Below, in pieces: positions 50,943-64,000 of a DNA stretch of 64,000 nt; within the stretch, counting starts at the first letter, position 1; each line of letters starts with the position of its first letter. The position numbers and the translations under genes were made by a program. The DNA is from Balanoglossus misakiensis (taxonomy: Eukaryota; Animalia; Hemichordata). The stretch covers positions 7,952,468 through 8,016,467 of the forward strand of contig CM082596.2 in the NCBI GenBank assembly GCA_040954595.2, given 5' to 3'. The notes below the pieces were generated by a model that was given only the letters and a program-made list of their open reading frames with translations, searched no databases and was not told where the DNA came from.

Positions 50943-51722
50943 CGTGACTAAGGGTATGGATCCGCCGCCTGCGAAAGTTGAGGCTCGGCCAGCATGGATT
51001 CCTCGCAAACAAAACTCGGAAAAGTGTCCTGCACTTTGATGCACCTGAATCACTAAATTTTGCCAAAGTGTTGAGAATAAGAAAAACATTCTCACTGAAG
51101 AAAAAAAAAGGAACAGAGTCTACACGTGCTAGAAAATTGTCAATCAAAGGCTTGGACACGACCCTATGATCATTTTACTATTTTTAAGCATATGAAAATT
51201 AAAGGTGGTCACATACCGTTAACAAGCAAACAGAGCATAGCAAGTGCTATAATTAGACTTGCACCAAATAAACTTTTTATCTCAGTTAATAGAGCATAAA
51301 GTTATCACTTTTTCCGTAGGCAGATGACACTGCATTTTACTTGCATGCTTTTTGTTTCCAATGTAGTGGGCAAGCACATTAACATATTTCATTGGTAACA
51401 GTTATGTAGGAACTTGGAAGGTCAACAATTGACTGTTCCCTGTGTGTCGTAGCTCAAAGCAAAGGTATAAAAAAGTGCAGTCGAGTGTGGATGTGTGATA
51501 TTCATGCTTGAAAGCTATCTCCCCATTGAACTGTGTTCACCCTTGAAGTAAAGTTTCCCCAACCTGACATGCAACATCTGCACTTTTAGTTACTGGAGGC
51601 AAAAAAAAAACTTTTTTTCAAGAAGTTAATTTTCCTGGTTTCATTCCATACCTTAGAGGTACAAACACTGATCATGCTATGAGAACATCTTTGAGATAAC
51701 ATCGCCAGTCCTTCAGATGGAA

Positions 51723-51933
51723 TACTGTAAAACAGGTTATTTTCGCGGGCAATAAATTTTCGCGAAATACGCAAGAGCCAAAATAGCGTGAAAATCAAAA
51801 GTCGCGTAAATTTATTTTGAAGATAACGGTGCAGTGAATGAAATAAGAGAACGCGAAAATTAATACTCGCGAAACAGTGGCCTCTCTTGATATCGCGAAA
51901 ATTTCAACTCGTAAAAATAAAGTGTTTTACTGT
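51723..51933 (-). mobile_element. MITE family A
   Basis: Same TIRs and body in reverse orientation. Confidence 0.9.
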
Positions 51934-54900
51934 TAAATATACAACAAGTCTGGCCCACACACTTACATGACAGCATGCCTATCCTACTCATTTGTAAATC
52001 GAATGTACCCACCCTACTTATTTGCGTGGTGTCCTTCACGTGCGGGGAAAAAGACACATCAGCACCTCAGGGATACATACATGTGTACGTTATCAGGTCA
52101 TTCAAAAGCCATGGCCAATCTAATGTGACATTTGCAATACAGCATATCACCTTTCTTTATAAAGGTCACTTTGTGTTTCCAGTGTTATCACTATTCTAAA
52201 ATTCACAAAACGGATTGTTACAAAGGCTATGAAAAGGGAAAGCGAGTTGACTGTGGATCAGCAAAGTATTGGCATCATAAAACTTTAAAATCTTTTACAT
52301 ATTTATTAATTTAGTATTTTACATTTCATCAAGAGAACATGTTTATAAAGCACTTCAAAGATTTATACCTTTGAATGCATCATCACCATCACCATCACCA
52401 TGAAATTAAACCCAAGCTTAGTGATGATATAATAATTTTATGCTGATATAATATTCATGAACTTAAAATCCTGCTTAGTGATTATAATAATCTTATGCTA
52501 GTATGACAGTAACAGTATGCGTATGAATTCATATAGGATTCATACATTTTAATGTTTTTCTTGGTTCCTTCCTGTTAACATTCATGAAATTGCACTCCCG
52601 GTAGCTTAGTTGCAATACTCAACAAATACGTATGCTATTACATGTATGTACTTTGATCACTGATTTGTACATGAACTCCTAAAAAGCATATATCCCTCGG
52701 CAGATTACAATCTATACTGACGTCATTGTACGTGGTTACCATGGGAATCATAATTGTACAGAATGTCTTGATCACGACCAAGGGACAGAAATATTTTTAC
52801 CTGGGTTGGTAAAATTTAGCTTCCTGTACTTAACATTTACTCAGTGCTTGTTTAAAAAAAAATAATTGTATAATATGTTCTTGAACAATATACAATCTAG
52901 TTTGCCTCGCTTTGTAAGCTAGCAAAGTTGACTGTGACATTCGTGATATGGGTTGAACGTAATGTAGCCATGTAAAGAAGACGGGTACATGCACACTAAT
53001 GTAATTGAATGAGAACATGCCTCCTGTACAGATTCCAATTACATGGCTGTATATTATATTTTGTGTGTGATGTTACCTGGTAGCTTCGTTTGAAAGAAAC
53101 TACAGCACTGGAAAGTCAATTCGCACCTCATAACTGAGCTCCTTGAAAATATTAGAGAATTCTGTTATATTGTGAGAAGACTAAAATGATCAAGTCACTC
53201 ACACATAGGATGTATCTATCAATATTTATAATGTAAATTTACACGATCTCCTTGGATCGATCAATCGAGTATCTATCAATCAATCATTGTTATGTAAATT
53301 TACACCATCTCTCCACTGATTAATTAATTAGTGACCATTGTAGGATCTGCACATACATATTGTTAGAAATTAAAGTTCAAATATGAAAATATTAATGGCC
53401 TTTTCAAAACTCGCAAATTATGGGGTGCTCTAGCATTGTCAGAAATACAAGTGTGGTAATTGGGATCACAGAAAACATTTTTGTTCTTTGATACTACAGA
53501 AAATGAACCAAAATGTTGATATGGCCAGTATTGGTGCATGCCATTAAGTCTGGTATATCTAGCCTAATCCTAGCTGTATTTCGTCCGCCTTGCTTCCAAA
53601 ACTAGTTTATATGTTAGTTATCTAGCCTTTCTTGTTCTTGGCTCTACTGACAAAGACAATGCCGCCAAGCAACCAAGCGGGTTTCCTGGGGGTTGAACTT
53701 GCATGCTACAGTAATCAAACCTGGTCCCCTGCCGAGAGCGGTAATGTAACTGGGGGTCCCCTGGAAGTCCAAATTGCCAATCAAAGTTTGATAGCATGTT
53801 TTCCCCCGTTAATTGGACACAGTCAAGGAGGGGGTAAACTTGTAAAGGTTATTATAAAGCCCTATCTTGTCTTGTCTTGCATCTGACGATTGACTTCAAC
53901 GGGGAATTTCAAACTAGTTTACATCACCCTTCTCAGCATGTGGTATCAGGTCACAGCTAATTGTAATGTATTAAAGTTCAAAGCACGATATTACATGTAA
54001 AATTGTCGTTTGGAAAGACATTAGCACAATTTATAGATACCCAGTAGTATACTAGGCTACTGGGTCTTCAAATTTACTGCCCTATACAAGAAAGACCAGC
54101 GGGTACAGGATTGAGTTCCTATGAATTTATTTCCTCTGTCTTCATTGGAAACTGTCCATCAGAACCCCTTTAAGTGTTTTACCATGTACATGCATTCACT
54201 CAGTTCCGACTGAGTTTATTACATTGTAACACTGATCTGATCACTCAGCAAGTTGGCAGACAGAACCGTATTCGCATTCAGCAAGAGGATGGCGAGCTGA
54301 CTGTGAAAAACCTAGGGAAATTAACCTCTTTCAGTATATACAAATGCTGGCCGGCTAGATCATGTAACAAATTCTCACATGCAATGTCGACATGTCAAAA
54401 AGATGTGCATTTCTCCTTCCCTGTGACAAAAACTAAGTTACCTTTTTGATCTAACATCCAGTATTAAAGGGCCACCATCGTCTGATGCATCCCTGCCAAA
54501 CCAGAGACTCTGGTTACAAAATTGTATACAGTCAATGCCACAAGGGAGTGTGCTGTCTTAACACCAGACAAAATGGTGGCGACCACAGTCTATCTCAGGA
54601 ATCGGGAAAGACAAAACAGTGGGTGAAAAGAAGAGACATAACTATAGTCTACTTATACAATGCACATGAAAGTAAAAGAAGCGAAGGCAGTCCACCATTT
54701 GAATGTGTCAAAATTTGCGGAACAGTTGTATTGGACATAATGTTGATACAATGAAATTAAGCACACACGCATAAAACCTTTAAATGGGGATAAGGAGAAG
54801 TTGTATCTGAATAAGGTACAGAAGTACCCAGTACAGTTAAAACTGCATGGCACTAACACAACCAGTCCACTTAATACAGGCAAATACAGACGTGACAATT

Positions 54901-55117
54901 AACATGTAGGCTTTTCAATAAAATAATGGATCACATGTCAAATGGACATATTCGCAAATACGTACTTGTAGTTGAGTTAAAAACCGGGTCCAAAAGTCAA
55001 CATTTTATCTGAAGTTTCTTGCACGGTCAAAAGTTTACACAAGGCAAACAAATTTGCGTCAAAGCCATAGTACATGTAACCCTTCTGATATAGTAGTTCC
55101 ACCCCCTCCTTGGGTTA

Positions 55118-55308
55118 ATAAAGGTATACGGTCACCTCTAATTTACATACGCCAACATATGTCAGAAATGTATTTGAGTGTTCTAAAGAACATTTGGTGG
55201 CACTCTGTTTTTTCGCATGTGCCACCCACTGTAAATCTGTGATTGGCTAGATCTCAATTTGCCATGGTAACTGTAGCTATATTTGCATAGGTGGCCGTAT
55301 ACCTTTAA
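55118..55308. mobile_element. MITE family E
   Basis: AAAGGTATACGGTCACCT...AGGTGGCCGTATACCTTTAA. Confidence 0.8.
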
Positions 55309-55900
55309 ATCTGTAACAGTTTTAAGGAATGATGCAGACATCTGCATTGAGTAATAACGAAGGGCAGCACACAATGATATGATCATTCTCAATGTAGAAT
55401 TATCGTTATTTTAAGTCAATAGACGTTACTGATAATCCACTTCTCTGTATAAAAATATAATTGAGTCAGGCCATACTGAAAAGTTTAAACCCAATAAAAG
55501 GATGTGCTGCTAGCTAGCATGTCAGCATGCATGCATTCATTGCTATACTCTTATCTGACCTCATCATGTTTCCATAAAAAAGGAAGGGATGCTTGAAGGG
55601 AAATTGACAGGGAGTTATCAACTTCCATGTGTCTATCAAGATCCTCCTTGAACTCGCAGTTACTGAGAAAATCGTCCTATTTTCAAAGGATTTCATTATG
55701 GCACCACCCTACGGAGAGATTCTATTTCGTTTTCGACTGCAAACGGCTAATGGGTTCCCTGGAAAGCAATTACGGGTCCCAGGATAGATTGGGTACAGTA
55801 CCCCTGTGGCCAGGCTTTTCAGAGCTGGAGACTGGGCACCTATAGAACTCCCGGGTTGAAATGTCGCGTCGATGCGAGTAACCACTGCCACTGTGGTTAA

Positions 55901-56111
55901 ATTGTAAAACGAGTTATTTTCGCGACAGGAAATTTTCACGATATCAAAAGAGGCAACTGTTGCGCGAGGATTTATTTTCGCGTTCTCGTATTTCACTAAC
56001 TGCATCGTTTTCTCGGAAAATATTTTACATGACTTTTTATTTTCACATTTATTTGGCTCTCGCGTATTTCGTGAAAATTTATTGCTCGCGAAATTGACCC
56101 GTTTTACAGTA
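55901..56111 (+). mobile_element. MITE subfamily A2, full length
   Basis: TGTAAAACG.GTTATTTTCGCGA...TCGCGAAATTGACCCGTTTTACAGTA. Confidence 0.85.
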
Positions 56112-56990
56112 ATGAGTCCTTGTAGCAATGAGGTGAGCACATTTTCACCGTGAGGCTGGAACTACTTTTGAAATGGCCTTCCCCCCCTGTGGTATTACCT
56201 TGCTGGAATTTTTTCCTGGAACCATCGATTGATTGGAAGAATTTGTCACGGCATCAAATCAGACAATACCCACTATACAACTAGATAAGCCAACGACTAG
56301 TAGAGGACAGTCACCACAAAACACCAGAAAATAATGCAGTATCGATTTTAAAAATCACAGTGTGGAATTGTTCTGCAGTACTTAACTTAAATAATTAATC
56401 AAATTACATTAATTAGTTAGCCATGGGTCATATCAATCATGCCTTTGGCATCGCTGACTCTTTGTATTACCAATTAATGCGTTTGCTATAATTATAAGAT
56501 GATTCAGTCCAGCCAGAGCAGGAATGAAATCCACAAGTGTTTTCTGGCAATCGATTCTCCATTATGAAGTCGAACCAGCGGAATGTAGGAAAATACAGCC
56601 AATTATGACCCCTTCACTGAGTAGAAACAAAGTCGATTAATATATAAACCACAAGGACACTTCACAACCTTGAAATCACGACAGTTGACTTTGTGTCTGA
56701 CCATAGGCAAATATCAACTTGGGTATCACTGAGGGTCGGGTGACCTCCACGTAGCAGTCTGTCTGACCTTGAGGAGTATAAGGTGAAGGACATGTGAGGT
56801 GAAGGGCTTTATGTGCAGTGGTGTACAGTAAACTGTAAGGGAACCAGCCATCAGATAAATCCAGCCACCATCGGCTTTAAATGAAGAAAAGTGCAGAAGT
56901 TGTAGCTTGTATCAAGTTTATAAAAGGGAAAAAAATGATATAAAATTTGAATATCAATATTTTTTCTAATTCATGGTTGCCATATTAATA

Positions 56991-57169
56991 TTAAACACAT
57001 ACTGGCACCTCCAATTTACATATGTCCATATAGGGCTAAAATGGCATATGGTGGCGCTCTTTTTTTCGCATGTGCCACCCACCGAAAATTTTTAATTGGC
57101 TAGATCTCAAGTTGCCATGGTAACTGGAGCTAAATTTGCAAAGGTGACCATATAAAGATATGCCTTTAA
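56991..57169. mobile_element. MITE family E, diverged
   Basis: Shared body TTTTTTCGCATGTGCCACCCAC...TTGGCTAGATCTCAA.TTGCCATGGTAACT. Confidence 0.72.
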
Positions 57170-58355
57170 AGAACCATTGACAAAATGCTTTATGTTATTC
57201 TTTGTAAATCTTCTACTGCCATTAAAGAATACTAAATGGCTCTCCAGCATTGTTTAATATTGTGAAGAATAATTGGTTTTATTGATAGTGGTTCGTGTTA
57301 GTGTCAGCTGAGTTACTGCACCAACAACAGTCAATCATGTATCAATTACAAATCCTGTTCAAACTCACAGGCCCCACTATGCAAAAGTGTGACCACATGG
57401 TCCATATATGCATCACCTGTATAATTTATAGCCCAAAATGCCATGGATACTAGCAATCCAGACGATCAACACGCAAGGAAAATTGCCATCAAATGCATTG
57501 CCATATGAACTCGAACACACGGTAACGTGCATGGTTAATGGGTGAACGTAAATCACGGCTGTATAAAATCAGTTCTCACCATCTAAAATTGTTTTCTGCT
57601 ACCCAGGTTTGTGATATTGAAAAATTACACATGATCGAGAGAATTCAAGACATTGCATTTCTGATGAATGGGAGTGCATAGGCTGAATTAAAGTATGGGT
57701 CATATAGAAAACTTGGCGTGGAAAAAAATGAAACATCAACATTTTAATGAGTTCTATAAATATGCTAATCTGTCATTAAGATGGCATATTGCGTGTACTA
57801 TGCAATGCAATGAAGTGTTCAAAGCGTAAAATAATAACGACCACCGCCATCGGCATGTCTGCCTGTCGGATCGGCTCTTATTAAATTTTTCAACTGTTAA
57901 GATCAACACACCAAATTGAAAGCATTGTGGCGTGAAACAAAATGTAGCAAAAAGATACAGCTAATGAAGCTTTAAGAAGAAGAAAAAATTGTGAGTGGAC
58001 ATTGCTTTCGAAACAGGAGCTTCCAAAAAAAAGATCACGGTTTTAAAAAATTAAACACAAATCAGATTAAGCCAAATTCTGTTGACCTTTATTCCTGCTG
58101 TGCGAACTTCCCTGACAAACAAACAAACAAAACATTTTTGTTGTTGTACAATGACAAACAAAACATTTGTTTTGTTGTACAATAACTGGATTTTTGGAGT
58201 CAATCGCACAATGCTGAGCCAAGTTACGGTTCGTTGGAAGTTTAAGAAAATAGGTCAGGACTATACTTTGCTTGCTTTAAGCAGTGTGTCAATTTGCATG
58301 ACAAAGAAACAACAGCAATGTCGCAAGGACATGTCAACATTTGTTTAAGAGACAT

Positions 58356-58472
58356 ACTGTAAAACGGGTTATTTCCGAAAAACACTTTTACGCAACTTTT
58401 TATTTTCACGTTGTTTTGGCTCTTGCGTATTTCGTGAAAATTTATTGCTTGCGAAAATAACGTATTTTACAG
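58356..58472 (+). mobile_element. MITE subfamily A2, internally deleted
   Basis: Both termini retained, central part missing. Confidence 0.75.
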
Positions 58473-61063
58473 AATTCTGATGGTCAGTCAAGTGTTTCAC
58501 TTCACCATTGTGGTTCAGTCCTCACAGACATAACAGTTCACACTTAGAATTTTACAGTCAGTAAATACCGGTATCGCAAATTTCACGGACACCAAGTTTC
58601 AATTTAATCTAGTTTTAATATTTTACTAAAGGATTTGTCTGTACCAAGTGTCTCTTTCAAGGGCCAGTATGAGAATGTCAGTCTGTCAAAGTTCAAAACA
58701 TCCTTTTTTCGCATTTTTGAACTTCCAACGTTTTGTTTTGGGTAGGGCGGGATTTCTTTGATGTGAAATGTAATTAGTTGCATTTGATGTGCACATTATT
58801 AATTATCCATAGCCGCTAACGTAAATGAGAATTTCACCTTGTCATTACCAAATACCTACATTGTAACTTTTATTGTCCAAGTAACCATGCTACCTTGTGC
58901 CTGTATGTCTGGAGTCAAGTCGTTACTGTCTAGTGGATATGCAATAATATTTTACCATCTGTTGACCTGCAGTACGTACTTTTTGAGGCTCAGATTGTAT
59001 GCGTGTTCTGAACTTGTATACAGAGTATCATTTCTGGCAGCTACTATCTGAAAATGCGATTGAGTACGTGTCACGTACAACACTGAACGCTCGATCGCGT
59101 TCTTCCTGTTCTGATCTTTACGCATCACAGAGACAATCAGATGAATCTTTCGGAAAAACACGACATCCATCATTTCTGATTTACATCATCTGATTCTGAA
59201 CTTGTAAACAGGGAATTTTTTTTATAAAAACTCGTAAAAAAAGAAGACGTATGTGAGTGCAGTGAGCGCAAGATGCTGATGGCCTAAACAAGATATCATG
59301 AATAAATAATAAATTTGCAGTCTCGACTCACGACATCATCCTGTATACACCTACACCTGTTTAATGCAGTCTTTACAGAGTGTCAGTTGCTTCAAGGTAT
59401 ATTGCATTTGCTACAAACTTAGTGCGATGTTGGCGTTTGACTTTCTATGTATTTTACCCGACTGATTCAACACACTGCTGAATTGTTCATTATGAAACTA
59501 AAAGCTATAATACCTGTGTCCTTAGCTGCACGAAGCATTCGTGATAACAAACAAAGACATCGTTCATGATGGACACACAGTCACCACTTGATGGAGCGAC
59601 GTGTTTGGGCACTTGAACAGTGAAATTGTGTTTCCATTTAACCAGCCATGTTGTACTAGTACCATTTAATAATCACATTATATCACATTCTTGCATGAAG
59701 CTTCAACGAAATCAGTTCAACTTTGTTTAATACCTTTAATAATGTACCAGTGTTTAAGAAATTATGAGAAATCACTCTGCAGTAATATTATTAAATTATT
59801 AAAACATTATCCTTAAAAGCAGTTTGAATTAGCTTCTGGGGATGGTCACAGGAGTTTGACGTACTGCTTCTGAGGGTAATGGGGTGGAAAGATTAAAACT
59901 ATCGAAAGGAACATCGCCGACAATCTGCCTGATAAGATTTTCATGGCAAAAAGATAACAGAACTTAGTGAGTGAATTTTTTTATCAACTGGTAAAATTCT
60001 GTCTTGTGTACTGCTGAATGCAGAGTTTTTCTTACTGTAACAAGTATGGCCCACAGGAGATGTTGTTTGCAACAGATTCATTTCACTTTTAATATAATAA
60101 AACAATTGCCCCCACTGACCACAGCCTACAGGAAAATGAAAGAGCGCCATCACATGCTGTAGAAAGGAAATGTTAAAAGTGGAAATATATCTTGCATCGA
60201 TATTGTGGCATTTTATTTAAAAACAAAAACAGAAAAGCAGATTTGCACATGTCTGACGGATTTCCTTTCCTTGCGTACAGATTGGTGACAGTTTAGTTTT
60301 TACATGCAAACATGTACATGTAATTTCATAATACTGCACTTTTGTAGTAATGATGTGGGATGTTGGCTCACTTCACTGAAAGATGTGGGTGGGGAGGGGT
60401 CACACAAACTTTCCAGGGAGAAGTGAAAAATAAAATGACCTTGCATTGAAATCCTAAATCTTATTTTGGACGAAAATGTTTAATTTTGAAAATAACCAAA
60501 ATGAATTCTTCCCACTCTGGAAAATGTGGCTACCACGACGACATAATTTTTACAGTTCCATTCCCAGGGGGCTTGTTCACTAACCCGCCTATGGACGGTT
60601 GCCAGTTCGTGCCAAAAACTCAGAAACAACTACACAAATAACATTTACCTGGCTACAAATAGAAATACACAGTGTTGAGATACATGTAAATGGTACTAAA
60701 AAAGCAGATATACTCCACTCCGTCTTCAAGATTCATGTACACCGACAGAAAACGAAGCATTCTGCACGTACACCATTAATGTTGGTATTTCCAAAATGAA
60801 ATGACAAAATAAAAATAACACTTTATTATTGCCTGCATATATTTCTATCATACACACAGTCATCAAGTATTCTTTCCATTAAACTATTTTTAACATTGCC
60901 CTAATTACTCGGTGTCACATGAACGAGTGCCTACAGGTTCATCAGTTTCCAAACTGTAGCAGAGAACTGATATTAATTCCATCTGTTTCATTCCAGAATG
61001 GATGTATCCACTATCAAAATTTAATATTACTCTTTTTAAATTAGTTTGATTTTCTGTATACCT

Positions 61064-61413
61064 TTAAAGGGACAAAGTATCTCTCTCGCTGCCCTTTTTC
61101 AATTAATTATGTTTGATACAAGACACTGTTTATGTTAATGAACATGTGGATATATAGTGAATCAACGTTCAACCACACACACCTTCCATCCCGTTTGTAT
61201 ACACAAGAGTGAAAAACTCGCCAAAATGAATAATAGGTGTTTACCATTTATTCATTTCGGTGAGATTGTTACTCTCATATCCTACAAACGGGATGGAAGT
61301 TGTCTGTGGTCGAATGTTGATTCACTATATATCCACATGAAGAGTAACATAAATGGTGTCCTGTATCAAACATAATGAAAAAATGCAGCGAGAGAGAGAC
61401 CTTGTCCCTTTAA
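61064..61413. mobile_element. Foldback MITE family C
   Basis: TTAA AGGGACAAAG...CTTGTCCCT TTAA with long inverted arms. Confidence 0.88.
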
Positions 61414-61953
61414 CAGTCGGCATACTTCCACATATCCAATTTATACCGGTATGTGTGAAATGGTCAGATAATACCTTACAAGATAAATAAACAGATGCCA
61501 CTTGTTTCCACGCCCCTGAATGGGATTGTTTTCCCACATACATCATGCAGGTGTTCAATTACCAGCGCTCCATTTCGTTATAAACTGAAAGGGCTAAGCT
61601 GACATACATGTACGCTTTCCGGAATGGAAAAGAAGTACTAGTGAAATGTATGAGAGATTATGTTTTTTTATCACAGTGAAGATGATGCTTAAAAACCCAT
61701 GTGCGCTGTCAACATGCAAAGACACATGTGCTAAAGTATACAGTGCACTTTGCTCTACTTTCCCCAAAAATAATACACAACATAGAAACAACAATATGGG
61801 AACAGTGTGCCCTTGCTAAGCCCATATGATGCGCCACTGATAAAACAAACTCGACGTGTCACAAACTCACCAAACTCACAGGTGACTCGAGAAAATTATC
61901 CACACTACATGCAAAGCTCAGGGTAATTTTTAGAAATCCTTATCCAAATTGAC

Positions 61954-62307
61954 TTAAAGGGACAAAGTCTCTCTCTTGCTGCCCTTTTTTCATTAATGAT
62001 GTTTGGTAGAAGACACCATTTATATTTTAATGTACATTGGATATACATGTATAGTGAATCAACATTCAACAACACACACCTTCCATCCAACTTGTAGACA
62101 CGAGAGTGAAAAACTCGCCATTTAATCGGTCTCTACCGTTTATACATTTTGGCGAATTTTTACTCTCATATCCTACAAACGGGATGGAAGTTGTGTGTGG
62201 TTGAACATTGATTGACTATGTATCTTCATGTAGAATAACATAAACAGTGTCTTGTATCAAACCTAATTAATGATAAAGGGGCAGTGAGAGAGACTTTGTC
62301 CCTTTAA
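61954..62307. mobile_element. Foldback MITE family C
   Basis: TTAA AGGGACAAAGTCTCTC...GAGACTTTGTCCCT TTAA. Confidence 0.88.
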
Positions 62308-64000
62308 AGCTTTTAAAAAGTTATGTTTGTTAGAGGTTCACAGTGACACTGCCTGGAAAGAAAGCCACTGCCGACGTACGCCCACTCCCACTATTTAATA
62401 AATACAGAAACATGATGACCGTGAAACGTGCAATAGTTCTCCCACCTGTGGATTATTCACTTCGTCAAAACCACTCCGATCATGTTTTTCTGTCTAGAGG
62501 GGATTAACTAAGCTACTTGAACATCTTTTTAATGATCACTTCACGGTCACTTCAATGTCATTCTGTAAGTGCAACTGCAAGGCTGTTATCTTCAGTCGAA
62601 TGTAAGCAACGTTTCAAGACGAATGAAAACATAGCCATGCATGGAGTCCCTCAATGGCTGTTCAGATTTGATTGCATTGACTCAACAAATAACATTTATC
62701 ACAGAAACGTGATGGGTTTACCAATGCAATGGATTAGTTGCTTACTATACAATGTAAAATTAAAGGAAGCCTGTTCTAAACATGTATAATAGATTGCACT
62801 TATCGCTATTAATATTACGACTGGTATAACTATTACTGAGGTGTATATTGTGTCAAAATTGCACCAAATATAAATCACCGTTATCTCTATGTAGACTGGT
62901 ATTTATAAGCTAAATGACCACGCCAATAATTGTCTGAATACTGAGACACATACATCAATGCATACATAACTCTGGCTGTGTTTAATGACGTGAACTGGGT
63001 CAACAATATTCTTTCCAACAGAGAAACATCGCGTGAGCAAATTGGGACATGTGCAAGACTTTAGCAAACACAATCCCCATGTAATAAAAATTCAAAGCAT
63101 TTTTCGTAATAATTTTCAAGACATTATACGCTTCAGCAAATACATGTACAATGCTGGGCAAAAATGATATACTATTTTATTTCAGTAATAATCATTAATA
63201 GCGACTATATAATTTCATGTGGCACCTTGCCCTTAGTGCTGGCGGCATATGAAACCAATATCTCTGGTGGCTGATGCCATAGTCTAGTAGTACCTACCCG
63301 TACTTTGCAAGCAAAGCGGACAAAATACGGCTAGGTTCTAGACTACTGATGCCACTAATTTCCCTAGGACCTGGCAATGGCTATAAAATAAACCTCCCAG
63401 TGGTCAGATTAGTCCGCTGTGGTGTTGGGGATTTGTGGATGTGGGTTTGTCGTAGTGGTTTTGCATGAGGAGTAATTGCTAAGCTTGCTACATATGCTTT
63501 GGTGCAGCAAGTCTGGGTTTGAACTTTGTACACCATAAAATACAAGTCTATTTTCTGTGCCTATTAAAATCAATAGTAAGATGTTACACTCGGTCCCAGC
63601 TGGTATCAGGACGGGTGCACCATACATTCTGTGTCCTCATTGTTATTTTTGGCCAACACAGAACTACCGGTATATACACCTACACAAGGCTGACATACAC
63701 TGATGTGAACCCTACTTATTTGAATGTACACACCAATAAAATCCGACTATAATTTTTTATTGTGGCTGGGGCAGATGGCTGAATTGATACCCCTAGGTTA
63801 CCCTAGTAGGGTTTTGTTTTATTTTAGTGATGATCATGTACTGTATATTTACAAACTGGTACATGAGAAACAGTTTTAATGTTTAGGAACTTTAAAAAAA
63901 AGTAAATGAGCACATTTCAAATTGGTAAATTTAAAGCTAGCAGTATTATGCAGAGACAACAATTTGTCCCTCTTTAGTATGACTATGAGGGAATGTTCCA

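Noticed and set aside
55688-55705. GGA TTT CAT TAT GGC (GFHYG) on the + strand, resembling a nuclear receptor finger-1 exon
   Set aside because: No flanking CxxC or CEGCK, no suitable splice sites, and it lies downstream of gene 1; chance match.

Overview
Animal (AT-rich, intron- and MITE-rich, probably marine invertebrate) genomic DNA, not prokaryotic. The window holds two multi-exon nuclear receptor genes of subfamily NR1 arranged tail-to-tail, with stop codons at 23463 (+) and 34522 (-). Gene 1 (+; six coding exons, 19609-23463) is a clear Rev-erb/E75 (NR1D) receptor: RFGRVPK GRIP box, Cys-Pro and His heme-ligand positions, no helix 12, and a long C-terminal tail ending in a CtBP-type PLNLT motif. 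Its first zinc-finger exon was not found in the 19.6 kb upstream. That upstream region is enriched in RORE/RevRE sites and has a promoter-like block just before the second-finger exon. Gene 2 (-; at least five coding exons, 34522-38481) is a divergent NR1C/D/E/F-type receptor with a complete DBD, an atypical SRLGRRSK extension and an intact AF-2-like helix. The rest is non-coding and contains at least seven MITE/non-autonomous DNA transposon families (TA- and TTAA-targeting, some nested), a 974-bp hAT relic with a 6-bp TSD, a possible decayed piggyBac between the two 3' ends, a triple-DR5 cluster, and simple repeats. All calls are by eye; no database searches were run.
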